Positions 17,354 through 27,169 are shown, numbered from the stretch's first letter. The stretch is 30,334 bases of DNA from Chlamydiia bacterium (GCA_038257035.1 JBBSJT010000014.1:1-30334), one strand, 5' to 3'. Translations and numbers: made by a program. The notes: generated from the sequence alone by a model not told the origin.

Positions 17354-17640
17354 TTTTTAACACCGAGAGCACCGAGAAAAAAAGAGAGAGGATAGAGGCT
17401 ATACTTTGCAAATATATACTGATGTACTTGAAAGTATATACTTTTAAATAAGTCTCTTAGCAGCCCACTCATAATTTTTCAAATTTTTTCACATTGAAGT
17501 AGAACCGGTATTTACTACAAATATAAACCGTATTTTTTTTCCATTTTTTAACGCAAAGCAAATGACTTACAAAGTATAAAGTAACACCAATTTATGCTAT
17601 TTTCTTCTTTTTTCATCCTTGGTGTTCTCAGTGTTAAAAA
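17354..17640. repeat. Inverted-repeat-bounded intergenic element
   Basis: TTTTTAACACCGAGAGCACCGAG (17354) versus CTTGGTGTTCTCAGTGTTAAAAA (ends 17640), followed inward by purine/pyrimidine tracts. Confidence 0.6.
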
Positions 17641-17784
17641 CAACTTTATTAAATTGAAATGAGATCAAAATGGTACATTAATTGCATGTATTATACATAA
17701 AAACATTATAAATCTAAAACTGAACTAAAACTGTTTATGTTAATTAATTAATGTTAATTTAGTTGAATTAAATAATTCATTTAA

Positions 17785-17793
17785 TGTTATAAT
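17785..17793 (+). promoter_or_regulatory. Extended -10 promoter TGnTATAAT of paralog B1
   Basis: TGTTATAAT is conserved upstream of all three B paralogs, followed by (AG)AACTTG and TAAGGAGAAATTATG. Confidence 0.65.
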
Positions 17794-17833
17794 GGATGTA
17801 GAACTTGGATTGTTATAAATTTAAGGAGAAATT

Positions 17834-19198
17834 ATGAATATGCAACCTTTACAAGGACCATCGGAATTAAAACAATCACAGCTAAAACAATTCCTGGTAA
17901 ATGACAATATGCAAGTCAAATCTTCACTGGGACAAAGAGTCGTGACAGCTGAAACCCCAAACAAAGGAACTCTTACATTGCGGCTAAAAGATGTTGTTGC
18001 AGTTTTGGAGAATCAAGTTAAGTCTGCAAAGTCTCCCGAAGAGATAAAAAGAACTCGAGAAATGTTTCAGACAATAAAAAAATTGGAAAGCGGAAGTCGC
18101 AATCCGCTAACTAAATTACTTAGTTTTATGGGCATCGAAAATTATTATGACACAAAATTTGCTGAAATAGAAAAAAAAATAGGAGCTCCTTTGTTAAGGG
18201 GTGAGCGTCAACAAGAATTAAGTGATTTAAAAGCATCATTGAAGACCGTAGAAGGTAAACTTCCCGCAGCTCAAGAGGATGCAGACGAGGAATACACCTT
18301 TATTTTACTTCATAATGAGGAAGATCAAAAAAAATACAAAACCCCGGACAAAGAAATTCTAAAAGAGTTAGAAAATAGCATACAAGCTATAAAAGCAAAA
18401 ATTAATGAAAAAAAAGAGGAATTAGATAGATTATTTCCGGAGACAAAATTGATAGAAAAAATGGTGGATGGTTATATGCTGACACCGGAACAAGAAGAAA
18501 CTGCTAAACTAGCCGCCTATTCCCGTTATGATCAGCTAGCAAATGTTGATGATGATCTATTGCGCCTTTTTGCTGCTAAAATGGCTGTAAATATGGTTGC
18601 TGGGCATCAAGTAACTCCAAAAGACGAAATTAAATTAGATTTTATACAGTCACTTAATACTATTCCAAAAAATATTCCGCTTAAAAAAGAAGAAGACTTA
18701 AGCTTGATAGAGAAAAAAAATATTTTTATCAAAAACTTAAAACCGGATAGTCCTTTAAGAGCCCTTTTAGCAAACGAAGAATTACAAAAATTAGCAAAAG
18801 TAATGGATGACGTTATGGATGAAAATGTTTCCATGCAAGATTTTGCTAATATTGTGGGCATTGATTACCCTGAAAGAATTAGAGCTGCTCTTGGCACAGA
18901 AGATATAGATGATGCAAGTGTTGCTCTTATATTATTGCAAAAGAACACAAGCTTTTTAGATGCTTTAAAAAATCTATACCAATATAGAGATGAACATCCA
19001 GATTTTTCTCTTCAGTTAATTGAAACTGATTTAGCACCTCATTTCACAGCAAAGGAGATGCTCAATGAGGTTAGCGATATCAGCTCTCAAATAGATGTAA
19101 TAAATATGCAATTAGAGAATAGCTCCCTTAACGATGATGTTACTGAGCTTATTAATAAGCAGACTGCACTTTATAAAAAGATGGAAAATTATTCTTAA
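17834..19198 (+). CDS. Hypothetical helical/coiled-coil protein, paralog B1 (candidate secreted effector)
   Basis: 454 aa with a strong SD, homologous to 19524 and 21438. Confidence 0.85.
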   Translation: MNMQPLQGPSELKQSQLKQFLVNDNMQVKSSLGQRVVTAETPNKGTLTLRLKDVVAVLENQVKSAKSPEEIKRTREMFQTIKKLESGSRNPLTKLLSFMGIENYYDTKFAEIEKKIGAPLLRGERQQELSDLKASLKTVEGKLPAAQEDADEEYTFILLHNEEDQKKYKTPDKEILKELENSIQAIKAKINEKKEELDRLFPETKLIEKMVDGYMLTPEQEETAKLAAYSRYDQLANVDDDLLRLFAAKMAVNMVAGHQVTPKDEIKLDFIQSLNTIPKNIPLKKEEDLSLIEKKNIFIKNLKPDSPLRALLANEELQKLAKVMDDVMDENVSMQDFANIVGIDYPERIRAALGTEDIDDASVALILLQKNTSFLDALKNLYQYRDEHPDFSLQLIETDLAPHFTAKEMLNEVSDISSQIDVINMQLENSSLNDDVTELINKQTALYKKMENYS

Positions 19199-19203
19199 TC
19201 TTT

Positions 19204-19289
19204 AGGGGTTTTCTTAAAGTTGACAGAAGAGTTCAGCATTTCTATACTAATTAGCTTAACTCTTCTAAAAATTTTTAAGAACCCCTTTT
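19204..19289 (+). terminator. Long imperfect stem-loop after B1 (probable terminator)
   Basis: AGGGGTTTTCTTAAAG..AGAAGAGTT ... AACTCTTCT..TTTTAAGAACCCCT followed by TTT. Homologous to 20850-20940. Confidence 0.5.
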
Positions 19290-19474
19290 CATTCCTCACT
19301 TATTATTTCGTTATAGAGTTTCTCTTTGTTCACTTTGGTTAAAACTGGTCAAAAAAACTGGTCAAAGTATTGAATATGCATCGAATGGTACGTTAATTGC
19401 ATGTATTATATTAACAATTCAAATAAAATTATAAAATATAAATTACTAATTTAGTTAATTAAATACCAATTTAG

Positions 19475-19483
19475 TGTTATAAT
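19475..19483 (+). promoter_or_regulatory. Extended -10 promoter of paralog B2
   Basis: TGTTATAAT in the same context as B1. Confidence 0.65.
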
Positions 19484-19523
19484 TAAATACAGAACTTGGA
19501 TTGATGTAATTTAAGGAGAAATT

Positions 19524-20840
19524 ATGAGCAGCATGCAACCTACACAAGGTCCGTTACAAGGTCCAACAGAGGTAAAACAATTCCTAGTAAATGACAATAT
19601 GCAAGTCAAATCTTCATGGGGGCAAAGAGTCGTTACGGCTGAAACCCCAAATAAACACTCTCTTACTTTGCGGCTAGTAGATGTTGTTGCAGTTTTGGAG
19701 AATCAAGTTAAGTCTGCAAAGTCTCCGGAAGAGATAAAAAGAACCCGAGAAATGTTTCAAACAGTTAAAAAATTAGAGAGCGGAAGTCGCGATCCATTAA
19801 CTAAATTCCTTGGTTTACTTGGAATTAAAAATACCTATGATAAAAAATTTAGCGCATTAGATAAAAATATCACCTCAAAAGAAATTGTTGCTTTAGGAAG
19901 AGACACCAAGATTGAACAGGTGAAAACCCTGGAAAAAAAACTAGAAAAGTTGTCTGGAAAAATAGACGTCGCAAGAGAGGCGGCAAGAAAAGAATATAAT
20001 GAAAATTTTAATAATAGAAATATCGATGGTTCCGACTGGGATGATATAGCTCAGAGCAGATTAGAAGAGTTATTAGAGAAGGATCCAGAAAAAATGCAGG
20101 AACTGAATGATTTAAAGAAATCTTTAAATTCATATCCTGAATACAAAAAATTTGGAAATGAAGTGGGGAATGTTCAAAGAGCGGCATATGAAAAGTATGA
20201 TCAACTCTATAATATTGATAATACCGAAGCACGTCTTGAGGGTGCAGATATTGCTGCAAAAGAGGCATCCGGGAAAATATTATCTCAACAAGACGTAAAT
20301 ACAATGAAATTCCTGGAATCCCTAAATAATATTCCAAAAGACATTAAGCTTGAAATCAAAAATGATCCGTTGTTGCTCAAGAAAAAAGAAAATTTTATTG
20401 CTAATTTGAAATCAGATAGCCCAGTAAAACGTCTGATGGAAAATGAAAATTTAAAGCAACTAGCTGCTGAAATGGATAAAGGTCTTTCACCTTTTACTTT
20501 GTTACAAAATTTTGCTTTAAACACTGTGGGTGTTCATCCTGAAGATATGAAAGAATTTATTGAAGGAAAAGATATGGATAATGCTTTTACTGCTTTAATT
20601 TTATTACAAAAAAATACAAGTTTTGAGAATGTTTTAAATGATTTAGGCGCATACACTAATAAGGATCTAGAAGTTTCTGCATATAAAAAGGCTTTTGCCA
20701 AGATAAATGAATTAGATAAAGTTAATTCCGAAATTGATGAAATTAATACAAAATTGAAAAATTCTATTGAGAAAGATGACACAGAATTATATAAAAGACA
20801 GGATGCCTTATATGACAGAGTCGAAGAATTAGGTTCTTAA
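19524..20840 (+). CDS. Paralog B2
   Basis: 438 aa. The N-terminal 100 aa or so are nearly identical to B1. Confidence 0.85.
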   Translation: MSSMQPTQGPLQGPTEVKQFLVNDNMQVKSSWGQRVVTAETPNKHSLTLRLVDVVAVLENQVKSAKSPEEIKRTREMFQTVKKLESGSRDPLTKFLGLLGIKNTYDKKFSALDKNITSKEIVALGRDTKIEQVKTLEKKLEKLSGKIDVAREAARKEYNENFNNRNIDGSDWDDIAQSRLEELLEKDPEKMQELNDLKKSLNSYPEYKKFGNEVGNVQRAAYEKYDQLYNIDNTEARLEGADIAAKEASGKILSQQDVNTMKFLESLNNIPKDIKLEIKNDPLLLKKKENFIANLKSDSPVKRLMENENLKQLAAEMDKGLSPFTLLQNFALNTVGVHPEDMKEFIEGKDMDNAFTALILLQKNTSFENVLNDLGAYTNKDLEVSAYKKAFAKINELDKVNSEIDEINTKLKNSIEKDDTELYKRQDALYDRVEELGS

Positions 20841-20849
20841 CCCTATTTA

Positions 20850-20940
20850 AGGGGCTATCTTAAAGTTTAAAAGAAGAGCGCTCAAGTGTATACGTATACT
20901 AGATTGCTTTTCTCTCAAACTTCAAGAACCCCTTTTTTTT
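20850..20940 (+). terminator. Long imperfect stem-loop plus T8 after B2
   Basis: AGGGGCTATCTTAAAGTTT ... AAACTTCAAGAACCCCTTTTTTTT. Confidence 0.55.
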
Positions 20941-20951
20941 ATTCTAACCAA

Positions 20952-21191
20952 TTGTAGCACCACTCTGTGGTGCATTGTTATTTACCCATATACCGGTGGT
21001 TTCACCACCGGCTACCTATGTACCATCACTCCGTGATGAAATCTCAACCGTAGTTTGATCACCAGTATCTATGAATCACATTCAAATTGTATGGGTAATA
21101 ATTTAGCCGCGGAGCGGTTTTACATAGTTAGCCGGTGGTGAAACCACCGGTAAGGTTAACCAATTACTGCACCACGGATGTGGTGCTACAA
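20952..21191. repeat. REPIN-like element with triple-hairpin inverted arms (family 2)
   Basis: Left arm TTGTAGCACCACTCTGTGGTGCA / ACCGGTGGTTTCACCACCGGCTA / CATCACTCCGTGATG is mirrored by AGCCGCGGAGCGGTT / TAGCCGGTGGTGAAACCACCGGT / TGCACCACGGATGTGGTGCTACAA. Confidence 0.8.
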
Positions 21192-21389
21192 ATGTACAAC
21201 CATCTAAATTTACCAAATTGTTCTGAATGTAACTAACTTTAGGAACTTATTAAAAAGATGAAAAATATGCTCAAAGACAGCTGCTTGCATATAAATATAT
21301 AGACAATCAGTTTGTCAAAATGAAGAAAGTTCAGGTAAATCATAGATTTTAGTAACTAACATAATTGTTAGTTAATTATATTGTTTTAA

Positions 21390-21398
21390 TGTTATAAT
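21390..21398 (+). promoter_or_regulatory. Extended -10 promoter of paralog B3
   Basis: TGTTATAAT in the same context as B1 and B2. Confidence 0.65.
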
Positions 21399-21437
21399 TA
21401 TAATAAGAAACTTGCTTATTATAAATAAGGAGAAATT

Positions 21438-22838
21438 ATGCAACCTGTACAAGGATCACAAGAAACTCCGGCAGTCAGATTTGCGTTAGATAACACAACG
21501 CAAGTTAAAACCTCCTGGGGATCAAGAACTGTTAAAATCCTAAATTTAAATACAAATGAGCCTCAAACAATCAAATTAAAAGAACTTGTTAACTTTTTAG
21601 AAGAAAAAATTAAAAGCGCAAATACTCCTCAAGAAATCAAAAGTGCAAGAGAAATGTTTCATACGATAAAAAAAATCGAGGGCAATACTCGCAGTTTTTA
21701 TACCAAATTTCTAGATTTTATAGGTGTCAAAAACAGTTATGATACAAAATTTGCTGAATTAGAGAAAAAGATTGAAGTTCCATTATTAAGAGAAGATCAC
21801 CAAAATGAATTGGCCTATTTAAAAAGTTATTTAATAGGTTTAAATGAAGAAGCACTTCCCAAAGCTTTAAAGTTAGTTGAAGATGAAAATGCTTATAATC
21901 AAGCATTTAGAAGTCATGATATGAATGCGGAATTAACATCAGCAAGTAACAACTTAAAAGAAATACAAAAGAACATAGAAGAAACAGAAGTAAGAATACT
22001 CTATAAAAATAAGATTTTAGAAGAGTCATTTCCGGAAATCCAATCAATTGAAGAAACGATTGGTAAATATAGTTTTTCACCAATAAAGGAGGAGGAGGTT
22101 AGAGCAGATGCTTTAACTCTGTTTGACCAATTACTAAATGTTGACAGCGTTGAATTGCGCCTTTTTGCTGTTGAAATGTTTGTGAAATTGGCAGCTGACA
22201 TCCCCTTGGAACCCAAGGAAGAAGCTGGAATAGATTTTGTAAACTCACTAAATAATATTCCTAAAGATTTTCCTCTTAAAACAAAAGAAGATGCTAGTTT
22301 GGTAAAGAAAAAAGAGATGTTTATCGAAAACTTGAAACCTGATAGCCCTATAAAACTCCTTTTAGCAAACAAAGAATTACAAGATTTAGCAAAAGAAATG
22401 GATGCTGTAATGGGTAATAAAGATGAAGATATTGCCATGCAGGATTTTGCTCATGTAATAGGGATAAATTACCCTCAAAGAATTAGAGAGGCTATTGGTG
22501 ATGAAGGGGATTTTAAAAGTGCAAGTGTGGCCTTGATCTTAATGCAAAAAAACAGTAGTTTTATTAACGCTTTAAAAGAAATGCAAGAATATAATGATAC
22601 TAATGGTAATTTTTCGCAGCACCCAATTGAAACATTACCTCATTTAGCGGCGTTGGGGATGCTTGATAATGTCAGCAAACTTAAAGAACAAATTGGTGAA
22701 ATTAAACAGAAACTTGAAGAAATCCAAGGGAAAATAGATATTAGTACTGTTGATGAAGTATCTGATTTATATGATCAGTATAATGCACTTCTTGAAAGGC
22801 AGAATATTCTTAATAAAGAATTAGAGTATAATTCTTAA
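21438..22838 (+). CDS. Paralog B3
   Basis: 466 aa. The C-terminal three quarters are closest to B1. Confidence 0.85.
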   Translation: MQPVQGSQETPAVRFALDNTTQVKTSWGSRTVKILNLNTNEPQTIKLKELVNFLEEKIKSANTPQEIKSAREMFHTIKKIEGNTRSFYTKFLDFIGVKNSYDTKFAELEKKIEVPLLREDHQNELAYLKSYLIGLNEEALPKALKLVEDENAYNQAFRSHDMNAELTSASNNLKEIQKNIEETEVRILYKNKILEESFPEIQSIEETIGKYSFSPIKEEEVRADALTLFDQLLNVDSVELRLFAVEMFVKLAADIPLEPKEEAGIDFVNSLNNIPKDFPLKTKEDASLVKKKEMFIENLKPDSPIKLLLANKELQDLAKEMDAVMGNKDEDIAMQDFAHVIGINYPQRIREAIGDEGDFKSASVALILMQKNSSFINALKEMQEYNDTNGNFSQHPIETLPHLAALGMLDNVSKLKEQIGEIKQKLEEIQGKIDISTVDEVSDLYDQYNALLERQNILNKELEYNS

Positions 22839-22944
22839 TGCTTTAAGGAACTTTCTTGAAGTTTAAAAAGGGAGCCACGCACCTCTCGCTTGTTCGACGG
22901 ATTTTTAACTGTTCGCGTTAAGCAAAGGTAACGGACTTAATAAC

Positions 22945-23296
22945 TATAAGGCAGGCCTTCAGCCTGCAATCATAACATATTGATACCTAGGGCGTTGCCC
23001 TAGGCTTTTATAAGTCAGGCCTTCGGCCTGGAAAAATATTCCTCAGGGCAAAGCCCTGGTGTATAATAGCCTAGGGCAACGCCCCAATGTCATTAACTTA
23101 AAGAAATTTTTTTGACACTGCGAACGCCAATCTCAATTGCTTTGCTCCTCGTTAATATAGCGACAGATATTAACTCGTCGCAAATCAATTGATCTTAGCA
23201 TTCTCGTTGTCCTATAATTTTTCTTAAGTTAACGACATTGGGGCAACGCCCTAGGTATCAATAGGTTATGATTGCAGGCTGAAGGCCTGCTTTATA
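22945..23296. repeat. REPIN-like element with triple-hairpin inverted arms (family 3), interrupted by a MITE
   Basis: GCAGGCCTTCAGCCTGCAATCATAAC..ATTGATACCTAGGGCGTTGCCCTAGG is mirrored by CCTAGGGCAACGCCCTAGGTATCAAT..GTTATGATTGCAGGCTGAAGGCCTGC once 23085-23251 is removed. Confidence 0.8.
23085..23240. mobile_element. 156-bp MITE with IS4-like terminal inverted repeats and 11-bp target-site duplication
   Basis: TIRs CAATGTCATTAACTTAA / TTAAGTTAACGACATTG. Direct repeat GGGCAACGCCC at 23074-23084 and 23241-23251. Internal hairpin at about 23133-23192. Confidence 0.85.
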
Positions 23297-23403
23297 ATTG
23301 CTCCTCTTAGCTTAGCGAGAATGGTTCTTAACCCATTCTATTCCGAGTTGTTTAGTAACAGGCTAAACCCTGTTATAAGATAAAGCTACGGTACAAGATA
23401 TTA

Positions 23404-26400
23404 CTACTGAATCTTGCTAAAATCCAGGAGCTTATCAAAAAGATGAAAGACTCTTGTTAAAAGATTCAGTCTATTGGTTTGAATTTCTTTGTTATCATCC
23501 AAGATTTTTACTTGTTCAAAAAGTGTAGCAAGTGGCTTTTGCAAATCGGCAATTAAATCGTAGGCCTTTCTGTAATCATGCGAGTTTATTGCTGAATCAA
23601 ATTCAGGCTCTATTGTCGCTAAAAATTTATCGAGCTCAATTTCTGCCTCTTCTTTTAATAAAGCTTTATTAAAGTCTGTAGCTTTATGGTTAGCAAGCTG
23701 ACCCTTTGCACGTTTATAAACTTCAAATAATTTCAAGAAGGAATCACCTGATTTACGAAACTCTTTTAAAGCAATAACTTTACAGTGTGCATCATAAATA
23801 TCACTAAAGCCAGACCCTAATGAAGCTTCAATTTCATCTTTAGCAAAACCTTCATCCAAAAAGACCGTTTTAATACGGCTTAAAATAAAACCTTCGATCT
23901 CTTTTAAAAGTGTCGCTTTCTGAGTTTTAAGCTTTTCCGGAAAATGATCAAAGCATTGTTCTACAATATGCATCAAATTGACACGGTATTGACCTTCAAT
24001 TAACATGCGAATGATTCCAAGAGTTTGACGTCTTAATGCGTAAGGATCACTCGATGAGGTTGGTTTTAAGCCGGCAATATAGCAACCAATGAGGTTGTCT
24101 AGTTTGTCGCTAAGACTTAAAATAATCCCGGTCTCTGTTTTTGGCAGAGAATCTTGTTCACTTCTTGGCATCCATTGTTCTTCAATGGCACTTGCTACTT
24201 CGTTATCTTCCTTCGATTCTGTAGCATAATATTTACCAATAGTGCCTTGAAGTTCCGGAAATTCAAATACCATTTCGGTTGCAAGATCTGCCTTGGAAAG
24301 AAGAGCAGCACGGGAGACCTTATTAAAGTCGCTGATATTTAATGTTTTCTGTAAAAATTGTGCATGTTTGACGGTACGTTCCACTTTGTCAAATACAGAA
24401 CCGAGTTCTTTTTGAAAAGTGACTGTTTTTAGCTTTTCATTAAAATGTTCCAGTGGCTCTTTTAAGCCTTGTTCATAAAGAAAAGCGCCATCTTTAAGCC
24501 TTGCGACAAGCACTTTTAGATTACCTTCCCTAATTTGATCTGTCGGGTGTGTATTGGCTGTGATAATAAAGTGGTTGGTAAGCTTACCGTCAGGGCCTTC
24601 AACCGGAAAGTATTTTTGATGCTCTACCATCTCAGAGATAAGTACTTCTTTTGGTACATTCAAAAAGACTTTATCAAAAGTTGCAGCAGTAACTTCTGGC
24701 CATTCAACAAGGTTTAAAACCTGGGGAATAACCCTGTCGCGACAAATGATTTTAGCATTAAGTGTCTTTTCAAGCTCATCTAGTTGCTTCATAATTTCAT
24801 CTTTACGCTCACTCATATCTGCCATTACAGAATGCTCTCTTAAGGTATTCAGATAATTTTTGGCATGATCGATGTTAAAGCCTGCGGGCTGTAATTGGCG
24901 ATGGCCATACGATTTATTACTTGAAACAATATTTCCGACTTTAAAAGGAATAATATCTGTCCCAAAGAGGGCTATAATCGAATGGATCGGTCTTGCAAAG
25001 GAGATTTCTGAATTTCCCCAGCGCATTTTTTTAGGGAAATCTAAATTCTGAATGAGATTTGGAAGTTTTTCAGCTAAAAGTTTGGCCGTTGATAATGCCG
25101 GCTGTAGGACATTAGCAAAAAGATAATCAATTCCTTTTACTTCTTTAATCATAATGGTTGAGTCTTTATCAGCTTTAATTTCTTGTAAAGTTAGACCATC
25201 AACCTTAATGGACCTTAGAAAACCTTCTCCCGCAGGTTTTAAAGTGCCGTTTTCACTAAAACTCTGAGAAACTGCAGGCCCTCTTTTTTCATCAAAAAAG
25301 GCTGATTTTCCAAGTTTTAAATCTTTTATATAAAGAGCTAAGCGTCTTGGAGTACCGTAAGACTTAATCTCTGTAAAGGAAATGCCTTCAGCTTGAAGAA
25401 GTTCAGTGAGTTGTTTTTTTAAGTTCTGGCAGCCAATAGGCACAAAAGTTGCAGGAAGCTCTTCTGTACCAATTTCAATCAAGAAATCCTCATGGCCGTC
25501 AAAATCTCCTTTTTCAAATTTTTCAAGCAAACTTGGCGTTTCAATTGGTTTTGAACAATTAGATGGAAACTTGTTCAGAAGAGGATAATTTAATTTTTCT
25601 CGGCATTTTAAGTAACTTAAAGCCACTTGCCTTGCTAAATCGCGGATACGTGCGATGTAACCTGCACGCTCGGTAACAGAAATGGCACCCCTTGCATTGA
25701 GTAAATTAAAGGCGTGTGATGCTTTCATCACAAAATCATACGCCGGAACAGCAAGGTCTAATTGAATTAAAGCTTTAGCTTCCTTTTCATAATCATCAAA
25801 GTGTCGAAACCACATTTCGGTGTTAGCATTCTCAAAGTTGTAATGGCTCCAGTCGATTTCATTTTGTTGGTAGATATCGCCGTAAGTTAATTCGTCACTC
25901 CATTGAATATCAAAAATACTCTCTTTTTTCTGAAGATAAAGGGCAAGGCGCTCTGTTCCATAAGTAATTTCACCGGTAACAGGCTTTAAGTCTACGCCTC
26001 CAACGCTCTGAAAGTAGGTAAATTGGGAAATTTCCATCCCATCCATCCAAATTTCCCAACCAAGACCCCAAGCACCAATGGTTGGCTGCTCCCAGTCGTC
26101 GTGGACAAATCGAATGTCGTGATCTTTTAAATTAAAGCCTATTTCTTCAAGTGATTGCAGGTAAAGATCTTGGATGTTTTCAGGGGAGGGCTTCAGCATG
26201 ACTTGAAACTGGAAATAATGCTGCACGCGATTGGGGTTTTGGCCGTAACGACCATCGGTCGGGCGTCTGCAGGGTTCGACGTAAGCTGATTTATAAGGCT
26301 CAGGACCTAAACATCTTAGGAATGTGGCAGGGTTGAAAGTTCCTGCGCCAACTTCCATGTCATAGCCCTGATGAATAACACAACCTTGTTTTTCCCAAAA

Positions 26401-26439
26401 TGTGGTAAGTCTTTTTAGTATTTCCTGATAGGTAATCAT
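23404..26439 (-). CDS. glyQS: Glycine--tRNA ligase, fused alpha/beta subunits
   Basis: Alpha motifs [26 protein letters not shown] and [10 protein letters not shown]. Beta motifs [20 protein letters not shown] and SSDPYALRR. All in one 1011-aa ORF. Confidence 0.97.
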   Translation of the reverse strand: MITYQEILKRLTTFWEKQGCVIHQGYDMEVGAGTFNPATFLRCLGPEPYKSAYVEPCRRPTDGRYGQNPNRVQHYFQFQVMLKPSPENIQDLYLQSLEEIGFNLKDHDIRFVHDDWEQPTIGAWGLGWEIWMDGMEISQFTYFQSVGGVDLKPVTGEITYGTERLALYLQKKESIFDIQWSDELTYGDIYQQNEIDWSHYNFENANTEMWFRHFDDYEKEAKALIQLDLAVPAYDFVMKASHAFNLLNARGAISVTERAGYIARIRDLARQVALSYLKCREKLNYPLLNKFPSNCSKPIETPSLLEKFEKGDFDGHEDFLIEIGTEELPATFVPIGCQNLKKQLTELLQAEGISFTEIKSYGTPRRLALYIKDLKLGKSAFFDEKRGPAVSQSFSENGTLKPAGEGFLRSIKVDGLTLQEIKADKDSTIMIKEVKGIDYLFANVLQPALSTAKLLAEKLPNLIQNLDFPKKMRWGNSEISFARPIHSIIALFGTDIIPFKVGNIVSSNKSYGHRQLQPAGFNIDHAKNYLNTLREHSVMADMSERKDEIMKQLDELEKTLNAKIICRDRVIPQVLNLVEWPEVTAATFDKVFLNVPKEVLISEMVEHQKYFPVEGPDGKLTNHFIITANTHPTDQIREGNLKVLVARLKDGAFLYEQGLKEPLEHFNEKLKTVTFQKELGSVFDKVERTVKHAQFLQKTLNISDFNKVSRAALLSKADLATEMVFEFPELQGTIGKYYATESKEDNEVASAIEEQWMPRSEQDSLPKTETGIILSLSDKLDNLIGCYIAGLKPTSSSDPYALRRQTLGIIRMLIEGQYRVNLMHIVEQCFDHFPEKLKTQKATLLKEIEGFILSRIKTVFLDEGFAKDEIEASLGSGFSDIYDAHCKVIALKEFRKSGDSFLKLFEVYKRAKGQLANHKATDFNKALLKEEAEIELDKFLATIEPEFDSAINSHDYRKAYDLIADLQKPLATLFEQVKILDDNKEIQTNRLNLLTRVFHLFDKLLDFSKIQ

Positions 26440-26513
26440 CTTGTCTTTGCCCTTATTAAGTTATCTCACAAAAGTCTACTTAAAAAGAGCATTTACCTCA
26501 ACAATTAACATAC

Positions 26514-26598
26514 TGATTTTCTTGTTGATTTAACGATGATTTTCTTATGATTTTCTCATGATCAAACGATGATTTTCTAGATTTTCGTATGACTCAAC
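26514..26598. repeat. Short degenerate direct repeats (GATTTTC x5; roughly 33-bp higher-order unit)
   Basis: TGATTTTCTTGTTGATTTAACGATGATTTTCTTA / TGATTTTCTCATGATCAAACGATGATTTTCTA / GATTTTCGTATGACTCAAC. Confidence 0.55.
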
Positions 26599-26652
26599 TT
26601 TTAGCTATACACTGGAGTTGAAACGCTTAAAGCTATTGAATATAACATCTTA

Positions 26653-26785
26653 GATTTTTCACAGGATATTCACGATCGCTTCGCGGCATGATATGCAGGA
26701 TAATTTCAACCAATTGTACAACTGGGGGTTGAAATTATCCTGCATATCATGCCGCGAAGCGATCGTGCATATCCTGTGAAAAATC
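26653..26785. repeat. Near-perfect long palindrome (59-bp arms, 1 mismatch, 15-nt loop)
   Basis: GATTTTTCACAGGATATTCACGATCGCTTCGCGGCATGATATGCAGGATAATTTCAACC and its reverse complement at 26727-26785. Confidence 0.9.
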
Positions 26786-26881
26786 GTATAGGTTATAGCA
26801 ATAGATTTTTTAGGATTTTCTTTAAAAAAATGCTAATGCAATAACCTAATACGGTCTTTATGCTAAAAATCACAAAGTATG

Positions 26882-27010
26882 TTATTTAACGATATGAGTG
26901 ATGGGTTCTTTTTGTCGGTTGCCTTTTTTCTTGTTACATGGGCAACCGGCATCTGCGGCAAGAGAAATAACGAATGTGGCACAAGTTAAAATTAAAATTT
27001 TATTTATCAT
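26882..27010 (-). CDS. 42-aa putative secreted peptide with CxC motif (not in ORF track)
   Basis: MINKILILTCATFVISLAADA|GCPCNKKKGNRQKEPITHIVK*, with a GGAGGT SD 7 nt upstream and an A-x-A signal peptidase I site. Confidence 0.7.
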   Translation of the reverse strand: MINKILILTCATFVISLAADAGCPCNKKKGNRQKEPITHIVK

Positions 27011-27169
27011 ACAAAGGACCTCCGTTTTATAGTTAGCTTCACTATCTGCTTATATGAATAAATATTTTTAAAAGTCAATTTCCATGTTTTGTTTGTCAAA
27101 TTTTTTTGTAGAAATTTATTTAATATAATGGTAACATCCTTTTTACATATTAAAAAAAGAAGTCAAATT

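Noticed and set aside
22908..23326. Possible third, outer inverted repeat (AACTGTTCGCGTTAAGCAAAG / CTTAGCTTAGCGAGAATGGTT) around the family-3 element
   Set aside because: About 5 mismatches in 21 bp and no second copy in the window, so it is too weak to call.
23404..26439. Fused glycyl-tRNA synthetase as a novelty
   Set aside because: The alpha-beta fusion is established for Chlamydiae; it is useful only as a taxonomic hint.
26440..26800. T-box riboswitch or tRNA upstream of glyQS
   Set aside because: I saw no T-box consensus or cloverleaf; the structure there is a simple long palindrome.
27089..27169. N-terminal extensions given by the ORF track (also 2119-2166, 7573-7626, 10954-11004 and 15493-15528)
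   Set aside because: Downstream ATGs fit better with SD positions, paralog alignment or typical family N-termini.
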